Shown one piece after another: positions 1-8,475 of a stretch of DNA of 64,000 nt. Below the pieces are notes generated by a model. The model searched no databases and had not been told where the DNA came from. It saw nothing but the letters and a program-made list of their open reading frames with translations. The position numbers were made by a program, and so were the translations under genes. The DNA is from Thermoanaerobaculia bacterium (GTDB taxonomy: Bacteria > Acidobacteriota > Thermoanaerobaculia > UBA5066). How positions within the stretch are numbered: the stretch's first letter is position 1; the number at the start of each line of letters is the position of its first letter. Location of the stretch: contig JBBQRP010000001.1 of NCBI GenBank assembly GCA_038214715.1, forward strand, positions 131,646-195,645, in the 5' to 3' direction.

Positions 1-21
1 GCGGCGCGCGCCGACGTCCAG

Positions 22-1320
22 ATGGAGATCCTCGACGCGATGGGCCGCCTCGCGGTCGCGGAGTCCTCCGTGCAGCCGCAGATCGCGACGATCTGCTCGC
101 GCGTCTCCCAGATGGCCCAGCTGGATCCGGCCGTGAGGGAGCGCGCCCGCCGGCTCGTCGGAAAGCTTTCCGGCGACGAGGCCCGCGACGCTCTCCCGGA
201 CATCGAGCCCGAGATGGAGACGGTGAATCTCGCGGGCAACATGGGCGCGCGGCTCGTGGAATTCCTCGCGGACACGGTCAAGCGCGGCGCGTCGGACCTC
301 CATCTCGCCACGGGATTCGTGCCCCACCGGAGAGTGCAGGGTCTCCTCGAGCCCGTGGATGCGCCGCCCATGACGCGCGCGCGCGCGACGCAGCTCATCC
401 GCGAGGTTCTCGACGAGTCCGAATGGAAGCGCCTCGAGCGCGAACGCCAGATCGACGTGTGCCTGAAGCTGCCCGGACTCGGCCGCTTCCGCGCGAACTT
501 CTACTCGCAGCGCGGTGGCTTCGACGCGTGCTTCCGCATCGTTCCGAAGACGATCCCGACGATCGAGGAGATCGGGCTCCCGGGCTCCCTCTCGGACGTC
601 CTGAAATTCACGCAAGGCCTCGTCCTCGTCACGGGCCCGTCGGGGTGCGGAAAGTCCACGACGCTCGCCGCGCTCATCGACCGGATCAACGAGACCCGCC
701 CGTGCCACATCATCACAGTCGAGGACCCGGTCGAGTTCGTCCACCAGAACAAAGAAGCGCTCGTGAACCAGCGCCAGGTGCCCCACCACACGGCGTCCTT
801 CGCGCGGGCGCTCAAGGCCGCCCTCCGCGAGGACCCGGACGTGATCCTCGTCGGAGAAATGCGCGACCTCGACACGATCTCCCTCGCGATCACGGCCTCG
901 GAGACGGGCCACCTCGTGCTCGGGACGTTGCACACGACAAACGCGCCCGCGACGATCGACCGCATCATCAGCTCGTTTCCGCCCGGCCAGCAGGGCCAGA
1001 TCCGCGTGATGCTCGCGGACTCCCTCAAGGCCGTCATCTCGCAGGCGCTCCTCCCGCGCCGCGGGTTCGCGGGACGCGTCGCGGCCTTCGAGATCCTGAG
1101 ATCCACGTCCGCCGTGGCCGCGCTCATCCGCGAAGGCAAGACGCACCAGCTCCCGTCGCAGCTCCAGACGGGCCAGAACGCCGGCATGATCACGATGGAC
1201 CAGTCGCTGATGAAGCTCTGCGAGGAGGGAAAGGTCGATCCCGAGCGGGCGCTCGAGAAGGCGCTCAAGAAGGAGCCGTTCGAGAAGCTCATGGCCGACG
1301 AGAGGCAGGCGCTCGAGTGA
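22..1320 (+). CDS. pilT: PilT/PilU-family type IV pilus retraction ATPase, paralog 1. It has a ~70-aa N-terminal extension, and the frame is open to the window start, so the true start may lie upstream.
   Basis: Walker A GPSGCGKST. Conserved PilT core: ITVEDPVEF, DPDVILVGEMRD, GHLVLGTLHT, LIREGK. Its stop TGA overlaps the GTG start of the next paralog. Confidence 0.85.
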   Translation: MEILDAMGRLAVAESSVQPQIATICSRVSQMAQLDPAVRERARRLVGKLSGDEARDALPDIEPEMETVNLAGNMGARLVEFLADTVKRGASDLHLATGFVPHRRVQGLLEPVDAPPMTRARATQLIREVLDESEWKRLERERQIDVCLKLPGLGRFRANFYSQRGGFDACFRIVPKTIPTIEEIGLPGSLSDVLKFTQGLVLVTGPSGCGKSTTLAALIDRINETRPCHIITVEDPVEFVHQNKEALVNQRQVPHHTASFARALKAALREDPDVILVGEMRDLDTISLAITASETGHLVLGTLHTTNAPATIDRIISSFPPGQQGQIRVMLADSLKAVISQALLPRRGFAGRVAAFEILRSTSAVAALIREGKTHQLPSQLQTGQNAGMITMDQSLMKLCEEGKVDPERALEKALKKEPFEKLMADERQALE

Positions 1321-2465
1321 GCACGACGCCTCCCGTCTCGATCGCGGACCGCGGGGCGAACCGGATCGACACGCTCCTCCGGATCGTCGTCGACAAGAAA
1401 GCCTCGGATCTCCACCTCGCCGTCGGCTCGCCGCCCATGATCCGCGTGGACGGCGACCTCACGCGCCTGAAGTGGAGGACCCTGACGGAGGAGGAATACG
1501 AAAGCCTCATCGCGCCGATCGCGCCCGAGAGGCCCTTCAAGGACTGGAAGGAAACGGGCGACGCGGACTTCGGGTACTCGATGGGCAAGATCGCGCGCTT
1601 CCGCGTGAACCTGTTCCGCCAGGAGCACGGCTCCGGCGCGGTCCTCCGGATGATTCCGCCGAAGGTGCTCTCGATCGAGGAGCTCGGCCTGCCTCCGATC
1701 GTCTCGAACGTCGCGCGCGTCTCGCGCGGGCTCGTCCTCGTCACGGGGCCGACGGGATCGGGCAAGTCGACGACGCTCGCGGCACTCCTCGACTGGATCA
1801 ACCGGACGCGCGCGTCGCACATCGTCACGATCGAAGACCCCGTCGAGTTTCTCCACACGCCCCAGAAGTCCCTGATTTCCCATCGCGAGCTGGGCTTCGA
1901 CACGCCGACGTTCGCGGGCGCGCTCAAGGCCGCTCTGCGCGAGGATCCCGACGTCGTGCTCGTCGGAGAGCTTCGCGACCTCGAGACGATGTCGATGGCG
2001 CTCCAGGCGGCGGAGACGGGGCTCCTCGTGTTCGGGACGCTGCACACGAACTCGGCCTCCAAAGCCGTCGATCGGCTCATCGACAGCTTCCCCGCCGAGG
2101 AGCAGGAACAGGTCCGCACCGTGCTCGCGGAGGTCCTGAAAGCCGTCGTCGCGCAGGTGCTCCTGAAGAAGAAGGGCGGCGGACGCGCGCCGTCGTTCGA
2201 GGTCCTCAGGGGATCCTCCGCGCTCTCGAACAGCATCCGGGAAGGCAAGACGAACATGATCTCGACGCTGATCCAGACGGGTCGGTCCGCGGGGATGATC
2301 GGCATGGACCAGTACCTCGCGGACCTCGTCGTCGGGGGTACGGTGGACTCCGAAGAGGCGTTCGAGAAGGCCCTCGACAAGGATCAGTTCCGGAGCCTGA
2401 TCGAGAAGCGGAAGACCGCTACCGCCCGCCCCGCTGCTCCCGGAGCGGGCGCCCTCGAACCCTGA
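1317..2465 (+). CDS. pilT: PilT/PilU-family type IV pilus ATPase, paralog 2. It has a short C-terminal tail and looks PilU-like.
   Basis: In-frame GTG at 1317 overlaps the upstream stop (GTGA). Translation reads VSTTPP...DLHLAVGSPPMIRVDG, then GPTGSGKSTT, IVTIEDPVEF, DPDVVLVGELRD, GTLHTNSA, SIREGK. The upstream part of the track ORF 423..2465 is out-of-gene frame noise. Confidence 0.85.
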   Translation: MSTTPPVSIADRGANRIDTLLRIVVDKKASDLHLAVGSPPMIRVDGDLTRLKWRTLTEEEYESLIAPIAPERPFKDWKETGDADFGYSMGKIARFRVNLFRQEHGSGAVLRMIPPKVLSIEELGLPPIVSNVARVSRGLVLVTGPTGSGKSTTLAALLDWINRTRASHIVTIEDPVEFLHTPQKSLISHRELGFDTPTFAGALKAALREDPDVVLVGELRDLETMSMALQAAETGLLVFGTLHTNSASKAVDRLIDSFPAEEQEQVRTVLAEVLKAVVAQVLLKKKGGGRAPSFEVLRGSSALSNSIREGKTNMISTLIQTGRSAGMIGMDQYLADLVVGGTVDSEEAFEKALDKDQFRSLIEKRKTATARPAAPGAGALEP

Positions 2466-2481
2466 GAGAGGGCGCGCCCGC

Positions 2482-4254
2482 TCAGTCGACGGACGGTAGC
2501 GTGAGGACGAACCGGGCGCCGAGGAGGCCGGGCGAGCGCTCGACCGTGACGGCGCCGCCATGGAGGAGCGCGATCTTCGCGACGAGGGCGAGACCGAGGC
2601 CCGTCCCGGTGTCCTTCGTCGAGTAGAAGGGGACGAAGAGCTTTCCGACGTCTGCCTCCGGAACGCCCGGCCCGTCGTCCTCGACCGCGATCCTCGCGAA
2701 GCCACCCGCGGCGCCTTCGCCGAGGAGAAGAACTCGGCCCGCCCGGCCGCCCGCGGCCGCGGCCTCGCAGGCGTTCTTCACGAGGTTCACGAGCGCGCGC
2801 CTCACGAGGGCCCCGTCGGCGACCGCGGGCTCGAACGCCCCGGAGGCTTCCACGCGGACGCCGGGAGTCAGGGCGCGCTGCTCCTCCGCGATCTCACGGG
2901 CGAGGGCGCCGAGGTCACAGGAGCCCGCCTCGAACGCCTCGGGCCGCGCGAAGAAGAGGAAATCTCCCGTCACGCGCGCCACGTGCTCGGCTTCGGCCTG
3001 GATCGCGTCGAGCTGGCGGCCGCGGGCCGCGGGGTCGGCCGTCTTCGCCGCCAGGCGCGCCCAGCCGAGAATCGTCCCGGTCGCGTTCCGGAACTCGTGC
3101 GCGATACCGGCCGACATCTCGCCGAGCGCCGCAAGCTCGCGGCGGGACGAGAGCTCCCGCTCGAGGCGCCGCGTATTCGTGCGGTCCTCGAGGAACAGAA
3201 GGACGCCCAGGACCGTCTTCCCGGAGTCGAGAATCGGGACGGCGGTCAGCTCGAGAAGCCGCGTGTCGGGGCCGGCTCCGATCGCGACCTCCCGCGAAAG
3301 AGTCGGCGTGCCGCGGCGCGCCGACTCCACGGCGGCGCGAACAGCTGGAATCGGAGAGAGCGTCGAGTCGGCGTCCGCGTCGACATCCCATTCCCGGAGG
3401 GCCAGGAGCTCGCGAGCGGGCCCGTTCGCCTGGGTGAGACGGCCGGCGGCGTTCACGACGACGAGGCCGCCCGGATGCGACCGGACGAGCGTCTCGGCCG
3501 TCACGGCGAGGTCGTCCGCGCGGCGCTGTTCGGAACGGCGGAGGTCCTCGAGCTCGGCGGTGCGTTTCTTGAGCTCCTCGACCGTCCGCTGGAACGTCGC
3601 GATCGCGGTCTCCGCCTCGTCACCGCCCCCGTGCCCGGCCGGCACGAGGCCGCCCGCGCCTCGGGCCGTCTCCGTGAGCGCGTCGATCGGCTCAGCGAGG
3701 CGTTTGAGAAAAGGCACCACGAGAAGGATGAGAACGCCGGCGGCAACCGGAAGGGCGACCGAGAGGATGCGCGCGTTGCGCCGCGCTTCCGCGATGGGGG
3801 TCCCGTCCCACGTGATTCTGAGAATCGCCGTGCCCCCGGGCAGGGCCACGAGAACCGAGGGAGCTCCGCTCTCGGCTCCCGCCACGACGGGCTCCTCCGC
3901 GGGCCGCTCCGCCGGCGGCAGGTTGAGGGGGGCGAGGCCCGCGTCCGGAAGGAACGGCGCGTCCGCGAGGCGCGCGAACCGCATGTCGTACAGGGCGGCC
4001 CCGCGCGCGTTCCGGTCTCGGAGCAGGCGCGAGACGCGCGCGTCCGCGACGAGCGCCCCCGCGGGATCCGGCTCGCGCGCGAGACGTTCCCCCACCTCTC
4101 CCGTCTCCGCCGTCAGGCGGCGGAGCGTCTCGCCGGCGCCCCACGCCGCGGTGTTCCGGAGCACGACGACCGCGGCCCCCGCGAGGAAGAGGAGCGTCGC
4201 GAGGCCGCCCACGATCACGAGGCGGACCTCGCGCTCGAACGGGCGCCCCGTCAC
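2482..4254 (-). CDS. Sensor histidine kinase: TM1, a ~150-aa periplasmic domain, TM2, HAMP, PAS, HisKA and HATPase_c. No cognate response regulator is adjacent.
   Basis: H-box IAHEFRNA. N/G1/F/G2 boxes: NLVKNACEA, DDGPGV, FVPFYSTK, GTGLGLALV. Two hydrophobic helices sit near the N-terminus. GTG start at 4254 overlaps the pilD stop. The 1050-aa track ORF is an artefact upstream of residue ~455. Confidence 0.85.
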   Translation of the reverse strand: MTGRPFEREVRLVIVGGLATLLFLAGAAVVVLRNTAAWGAGETLRRLTAETGEVGERLAREPDPAGALVADARVSRLLRDRNARGAALYDMRFARLADAPFLPDAGLAPLNLPPAERPAEEPVVAGAESGAPSVLVALPGGTAILRITWDGTPIAEARRNARILSVALPVAAGVLILLVVPFLKRLAEPIDALTETARGAGGLVPAGHGGGDEAETAIATFQRTVEELKKRTAELEDLRRSEQRRADDLAVTAETLVRSHPGGLVVVNAAGRLTQANGPARELLALREWDVDADADSTLSPIPAVRAAVESARRGTPTLSREVAIGAGPDTRLLELTAVPILDSGKTVLGVLLFLEDRTNTRRLERELSSRRELAALGEMSAGIAHEFRNATGTILGWARLAAKTADPAARGRQLDAIQAEAEHVARVTGDFLFFARPEAFEAGSCDLGALAREIAEEQRALTPGVRVEASGAFEPAVADGALVRRALVNLVKNACEAAAAGGRAGRVLLLGEGAAGGFARIAVEDDGPGVPEADVGKLFVPFYSTKDTGTGLGLALVAKIALLHGGAVTVERSPGLLGARFVLTLPSVD

Positions 4255-5429
4255 GGCAGGAGCCTCGGTGCCCAGGGGATTCCGCCCGCGATCGCTTCCC
4301 AGGCGCCGCGCCCGAGAACGAACGCCACGAGGGCGCCGCACGCGAGAAACAAGCCGAAAGGCACGTCGACCCGCGCGAGAAGGACGAGCAGCCCCCCGGG
4401 CGTGGGCACGGCGCGCACCGAGAGAACTCGGAAGAAATCGCCGCCGTCGTCCAGCACGAGCCGGCCGTACGCGGTCCCCTTCCCAAGACGGGCCCGCGAT
4501 CGCGCGAGCCTCACGAACGCGAGGAGGCGTCCGGCCGTCGGGACGTCCGCGCGGAGGCCGACGCCTTCGGGCGCCGCCCCCGGAATTTCCCGGTAGCGCG
4601 CCGAGGCGGAAAGCACGCGGCCGTCGTCGCCCACGAGAATGCCGGCGCGGGCCCCCGCCGCCCGGGCGGCACCGGACGACGCCCGCGCGCGCCGCGTCTC
4701 GACCGACCAGCGAAGGAGCCTCACGAGAGTCGCCCCGCCAGCGATGATCGTGCCCGCCAGCGAGGCGAAGAAGAGCGTCAGAAAAACGCCCGCGGGTCCC
4801 GTGAACGCTCCCGCCATCGCGAGCATCTTCACGTCTCCCCCGCCCATGCCCTCGATCCCGCGCACACGGGCGTACGCCCGCCGGACCGCTTCCAGGAAAA
4901 CCGCTCCGACGAGGGCTCCGACGCAGGCTTCGGCGAGGTGGCTCGTGAGGAGGCGGTGCACGAGGTCCGGGTCCTCTGACGCCGCGGCGCGGTCGCGGAG
5001 AGCCGCAAGGACGAGTCCGATGGCGAGCGTTCCGAGCGTCACCTCGTCGGGCAGCGTGCGCGACTCGAGATCGGCGGCCGCGAGGATCACGCAGGCAGCC
5101 CCGAGAAGGGCCGCCGAGGCCGCGACGAGAGAAGGCCCGTAAAGGATTCCCGCGGCGAGGAAGAGCAGCGCGACGAGAAGCTCGACGAGCGGATACCGGA
5201 CGCGGATGGGAGTCGCGCAGCGGCGGCAGCGGCCGCGGAGAAGGAGCCATGAAAGGATGGGAACGTTGTCGTAGAACGCGATCGGCGCCGCGCAGCCCGG
5301 ACAGCGCGAGCCCGGATGGACCACCGAGAGCCCGCGCGGCAGGCGGTGAATACAGACGTTCGCGAAGGAGCCCACGACGGCGCCGGTCACGAAGAAGAAG
5401 CTCAGGAGGAGGCCGTCCACGGCGCTCAC
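4251..5429 (-). CDS. pilD: Prepilin peptidase / N-methyltransferase (A24 family PilD) carrying an unusual ~150-aa C-terminal extension that ends in an extra TM helix.
   Basis: N-terminal Zn tetracysteine (CPGC...CRRC). Catalytic Asp motifs DLESRTLPD and GMGGGDVKM. The polytopic TM pattern is as expected. 392 aa versus a typical ~250-290. GTG start overlaps the stop of the upstream YfhO-like gene. Confidence 0.85.
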   Translation of the reverse strand: MSAVDGLLLSFFFVTGAVVGSFANVCIHRLPRGLSVVHPGSRCPGCAAPIAFYDNVPILSWLLLRGRCRRCATPIRVRYPLVELLVALLFLAAGILYGPSLVAASAALLGAACVILAAADLESRTLPDEVTLGTLAIGLVLAALRDRAAASEDPDLVHRLLTSHLAEACVGALVGAVFLEAVRRAYARVRGIEGMGGGDVKMLAMAGAFTGPAGVFLTLFFASLAGTIIAGGATLVRLLRWSVETRRARASSGAARAAGARAGILVGDDGRVLSASARYREIPGAAPEGVGLRADVPTAGRLLAFVRLARSRARLGKGTAYGRLVLDDGGDFFRVLSVRAVPTPGGLLVLLARVDVPFGLFLACGALVAFVLGRGAWEAIAGGIPWAPRLLP

Positions 5430-7720
5430 GGGCGGCTCCGTCCCGCGAGCGCCACGCCCGCGAGGAGGACGACCGCCGCGATCGAGATCCCCGCTCCGAC
5501 GCGGAAGGCGGCGGGTCGATACGCGAGATCGAGCCGATGGGCCCCCGCGGGAAGGAGAATCGCCGAGAGAGCGAGGTCCGCGCGGAGGAGAGGAACGCGG
5601 GTCCCGTCGAGGCGCGCTTCCCAGCCGCGCGCATGCGTGCGGGTGAGAACGAGGTAGCCCGGTTCGGAGGACTCCGCGTCGACGGTCAGGTGCTCCGGAA
5701 CGTCCAGGGCGATACGAGCGACCGAGAACGTTCGCACCGGGCGGGCCGGAGGCATTGGGCCCGCCGGAGGCGCGAGAAACACGACCGCCTCGGGGTCGAG
5801 GTCCGGCTGCGCGAGGGCCCGAAAGGCCGTGTCGTCGTCCGCTTCCCGCGCCGATCGTGCGAAGAACACGCGCCCTAGCGCGCGCGGCAGGCCATAGAGG
5901 GAGACTCCCCCTTCCCGCCGTTCGAGCCGGGCGCCTCCAAGCGACAACGGGAAGGGCGACACGACGTGCCGCACGTCCGCGAGCGAGAGGATCGTCTCGG
6001 CGTTTCCTCCCGCGAGAGCCGCGCCGAGGAAACGCGTGAGCCGCGGATTACCGATGGGGGACGGACTGCTCGCGGAAGCGAGACCGAACGGCAGATTCGT
6101 GTAACCGGACAGCGCCGCGCGGGCGCGAGCGGAGGCCGCTCCTCCCCATTCGCCTCCCGTGGCGCGCGAAAGAGCGGCGAGCGCCTCACCGTCGGACGCG
6201 ATCGGAAAGAAACGTCCGGGAACGCCGGCGAGCGCGGCCGCAGCCGGAGGGGGACTGCCGGACGCCGAGGGGGTGAAGAGGGACGCGTTCGCGGCGAGGA
6301 GCGGAACGGTCACGAGGGCGAGGAGAAGCACACCCGACACCGCGGGGCCGGGCCGGCCGGTCCATCTCAGGGAGGCGAGGACGAGCAGCCCCGCCGCCGA
6401 CGCGAGAAGAGCCGCGAGGGCCGGCGCTCCCGATGCTCTCCCCCCGGCGATGCCGAGGGCCAGGAGGGCGACCGCCACCGACCCGAGGACGAAGAGCGGA
6501 CCCGTCCGCGCCGCCGCCGCCGCGGGCACGCGCGCGTCGGTTTCGGCGTCGAAACCCCGCGGCCACGCGAACAGCCTTCCGTATCGCCAGCCGTCCAGGC
6601 CGGCGCCCGCGAGAGCCGCGAGCGCAAAGAGCGTGAGGACGAACCACCGCGCGGGAAACCGCACGCCGCGGGCGATCCCGAGGTCCCAGAGGACCGGTAG
6701 GATTCCGCCGGCCGAACCCGCTGCAAGGAGGAACCCCAGCACCGCGAGGAGCGCGAGGGAGAGCAGGAGGCGCGGGCGCGACGCGAGGCCCGCGCCCGCC
6801 CCCGCCGCGAGAACGAGCGCGAGCGGCGAAAGCGCGAGCGTCGCGAGGTATCCGCCACGTCCGGAAGAAGGGTGTCTCGTACGGGCGTCTTCGGGCGGGA
6901 GGACGAGGTCGACGAGGTCCGACGATCCGACGGGCCGCGCGAGCGCTTCGGCGCGCGTGACACCCGTGAGGCGGCCGGACGATGCGACGTAGTCGAGAAA
7001 CGGAAGCGCCGCGGCGGCCACGAGAGCCACACCGAGGAGAAGCCCTCCTCCGACGCGCAGCCAGGGCCGCCGCGATCGGCCCGCCGCGAACTCCTCGCGC
7101 CGGCCGGTGAGCGCGAACAGGCAGGCACACCCGGCGCCCGCGACCGCGAGCGCGGGCTCGCCGCCGAGGAAGGACAGGGCGAAGGCGGCCGCGAACCCCG
7201 CAACGGTCCCGCCTCCCACCGTGGTCCGCGCGGCCGCGAAGAGCCACGGGAGGAACGCGGCCGTCTCGAAATTGTTGTAGACGAGGACGAGGGAGAGGAA
7301 GGCGCCGCCGGTCGCGTACGTCGCCGCCCCGAGAAGCGCGCCGGCCCGCGACGTTCCGACGCCGAAGAGCCACGCCGCCATTCCGGAAGCCGCGACGACG
7401 AGGTGGAGCGCGATGCTCGCGAGGGGGCCCCAGGCTCCCGGGAGCTGGAAAACGAGATCCAGAGGGTAGAAGACGCCGCTCTGGAGCTGTGCGAGCCAGG
7501 GCTCCCCGCACCCCGAGAGCGGATTCCACAGCGGAACGCCGGAATGCCAGCGCGCGGCCGTGTAGGCCTTCATCGGCCAGAAAAAATCTGCGAGGTCGCC
7601 GCGAGCCGGAACGCCGGAGGAAAGGACACTCGGGAAAAGGAAAACCGCCGCGCAAAAGAGCCCAAGGGCGCCGCCGAGGAGCGCCGTCCGTCCCGTCGTC
7701 CCGCGGCCTTGCACCGTCAC
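5426..7720 (-). CDS. Large polytopic membrane protein, YfhO-like, a putative GT-C-fold glycosyltransferase. This is paralog 1 of 3-4 in the window.
   Basis: N-terminal TM helix followed by the first-loop motif GDLADFFWPMKAY (compare DLPFFFYPLKAH in the 60899..62989 paralog). More than 12 TM helices. The C-terminal ~150 aa are homologous to the C-termini of the other paralogs (W.ARLDG..VPL.RAD...A). Start 7720 (GTG) is uncertain because a terminator lies only ~13 nt upstream. Confidence 0.7.
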   Translation of the reverse strand: MTVQGRGTTGRTALLGGALGLFCAAVFLFPSVLSSGVPARGDLADFFWPMKAYTAARWHSGVPLWNPLSGCGEPWLAQLQSGVFYPLDLVFQLPGAWGPLASIALHLVVAASGMAAWLFGVGTSRAGALLGAATYATGGAFLSLVLVYNNFETAAFLPWLFAAARTTVGGGTVAGFAAAFALSFLGGEPALAVAGAGCACLFALTGRREEFAAGRSRRPWLRVGGGLLLGVALVAAAALPFLDYVASSGRLTGVTRAEALARPVGSSDLVDLVLPPEDARTRHPSSGRGGYLATLALSPLALVLAAGAGAGLASRPRLLLSLALLAVLGFLLAAGSAGGILPVLWDLGIARGVRFPARWFVLTLFALAALAGAGLDGWRYGRLFAWPRGFDAETDARVPAAAAARTGPLFVLGSVAVALLALGIAGGRASGAPALAALLASAAGLLVLASLRWTGRPGPAVSGVLLLALVTVPLLAANASLFTPSASGSPPPAAAALAGVPGRFFPIASDGEALAALSRATGGEWGGAASARARAALSGYTNLPFGLASASSPSPIGNPRLTRFLGAALAGGNAETILSLADVRHVVSPFPLSLGGARLERREGGVSLYGLPRALGRVFFARSAREADDDTAFRALAQPDLDPEAVVFLAPPAGPMPPARPVRTFSVARIALDVPEHLTVDAESSEPGYLVLTRTHARGWEARLDGTRVPLLRADLALSAILLPAGAHRLDLAYRPAAFRVGAGISIAAVVLLAGVALAGRSRP

Positions 7721-7732
7721 GATTCTAGGCCC

Positions 7733-7764
7733 GGAAAAGAAAAGAGCCCCCGTGAGGGGGCTCT
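7733..7764 (-). terminator. Rho-independent terminator downstream of the major pilin gene
   Basis: Perfect 9-bp GC stem AGAGCCCCC-GTGA-GGGGGCTCT, followed on the minus strand by CTTTTCTTTTC. Confidence 0.6.
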
Positions 7765-7790
7765 CGAAACGGGACTCAGAGGGAGGACGG

Positions 7791-8300
7791 TTACCGCTGA
7801 GCGCCCGCGGGGTACTGAAGGAACTGGCCGTTGACGAAGATGATGTCGTCGTTGAAGTCCGTCGTCTCGCCGCCGTTGTTCGTTCCGACGGCTCCGTTCT
7901 TCCCGTTGGACACGATGGCGTAGGCCTGCTGGTTGCTGCCGCCCGTTCCGTAGAGGAAGTAGGAACTCCACCCGTCGACGAGGGGGAGGAGACGGATGTA
8001 CGTCGGAGCGACCTGCTTGTTGAAGCCCGCGCCCGCGGCGCCGAAGGTGGATCCGGCGCCGGGAATCGTGAGACCCGAGGGGAGGGTCAGCGCGGCCGCG
8101 GCGGGATAGTGGTTGAAGTCGACGGCATACGCTTCGGCGGCGGTACCGGCGGAGCGCATGTCGGCCATCGTGCGCTTCTGCTTGGCACGCTGGATGGCAT
8201 TGAGCAGGTTGGGAATGGCGATCGCGACGATGATGCCGATGATCGCGACGACGATCAGCAGCTCGATCAGCGTGAAGCCTTTGCTGTTCCTCTTCTTCAT
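7791..8300 (-). CDS. pilA: Type IVa pilin (major pilin candidate)
   Basis: Class III leader MKKRNSKG|FTLIELLIVVAIIGI (G-1, F+1, E+5). 169 aa. Gly/Thr/Ser-rich C-terminal half. Strong SD AGGAGG 8 nt upstream. Dedicated terminator downstream. Confidence 0.9.
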   Translation of the reverse strand: MKKRNSKGFTLIELLIVVAIIGIIVAIAIPNLLNAIQRAKQKRTMADMRSAGTAAEAYAVDFNHYPAAAALTLPSGLTIPGAGSTFGAAGAGFNKQVAPTYIRLLPLVDGWSSYFLYGTGGSNQQAYAIVSNGKNGAVGTNNGGETTDFNDDIIFVNGQFLQYPAGAQR

Positions 8301-8333
8301 GAACGAAACCTCCTATGTTTCGGGGCGTTGCTT

Positions 8334-8347
8334 TCAAGACGCGTGCC
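8334..8347 (-). promoter_or_regulatory. Candidate sigma54-type -24/-12 promoter for pilA. The -12 element is imperfect (TTGA instead of TTGC).
   Basis: Minus-strand sequence is cGGCACgcgtcTTGAaa, ~37 nt upstream of the ATG. The same motif and spacing recur upstream of the second pilin. Confidence 0.35.
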
Positions 8348-8418
8348 GCTTTCCCCCGAGCCCGATTCCGGCTGGTTCAGGCAGAAATCGGGCCGAAACG
8401 GCGGTGGCGGGACGAATT

Positions 8419-8461
8419 TTTGTCGGGCGGCGCGGGACGCTCCGGCCATCGTTTGTCGGGC
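8419..8461. promoter_or_regulatory. 10-bp direct repeat TTTGTCGGGC (x2, 33 bp start-to-start), a candidate upstream activator site for the pilA promoter
   Basis: Exact copies at 8419..8428 and 8452..8461, each followed by a GC.GCG-like extension. They lie ~75-115 bp upstream of the -24 element, the usual position of bEBP (PilR-like) sites. Confidence 0.35.
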
Positions 8462-8475
8462 CGCTGCGGGGGTCC

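Noticed and set aside
423-2465. 680-aa ORF starting inside pilT1
   Set aside because: The first ~300 aa are out-of-frame Arg/Pro-rich translation of pilT1. The real gene starts at GTG 1317.
2560-4747. Long plus-strand ORFs (2560..4596, 3179..4747) and other more-than-200-aa ORFs antisense to annotated genes throughout the window
   Set aside because: Extreme Arg/Pro/Gly/Ala content, no recognisable motifs, always mirrored by a well-supported gene on the other strand. This is the expected consequence of ~70% GC depleting stop codons.
2482-5634. 1050-aa ORF read as one protein
   Set aside because: Only the C-terminal 591 aa (from GTG 4254) form a histidine kinase. The N-terminal 455 aa are Arg-rich noise overlapping pilD in another frame.
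8301-8350. Sigma70 reading of the pilA upstream region (TTGAAA as -35)
   Set aside because: No acceptable -10 at 16-18 bp spacing in either pilin upstream region. The GGCAC-N5-TTGA motif and its spacing are conserved between the two pilins and fit sigma54 geometry better. The uncertainty is kept in the confidence score.
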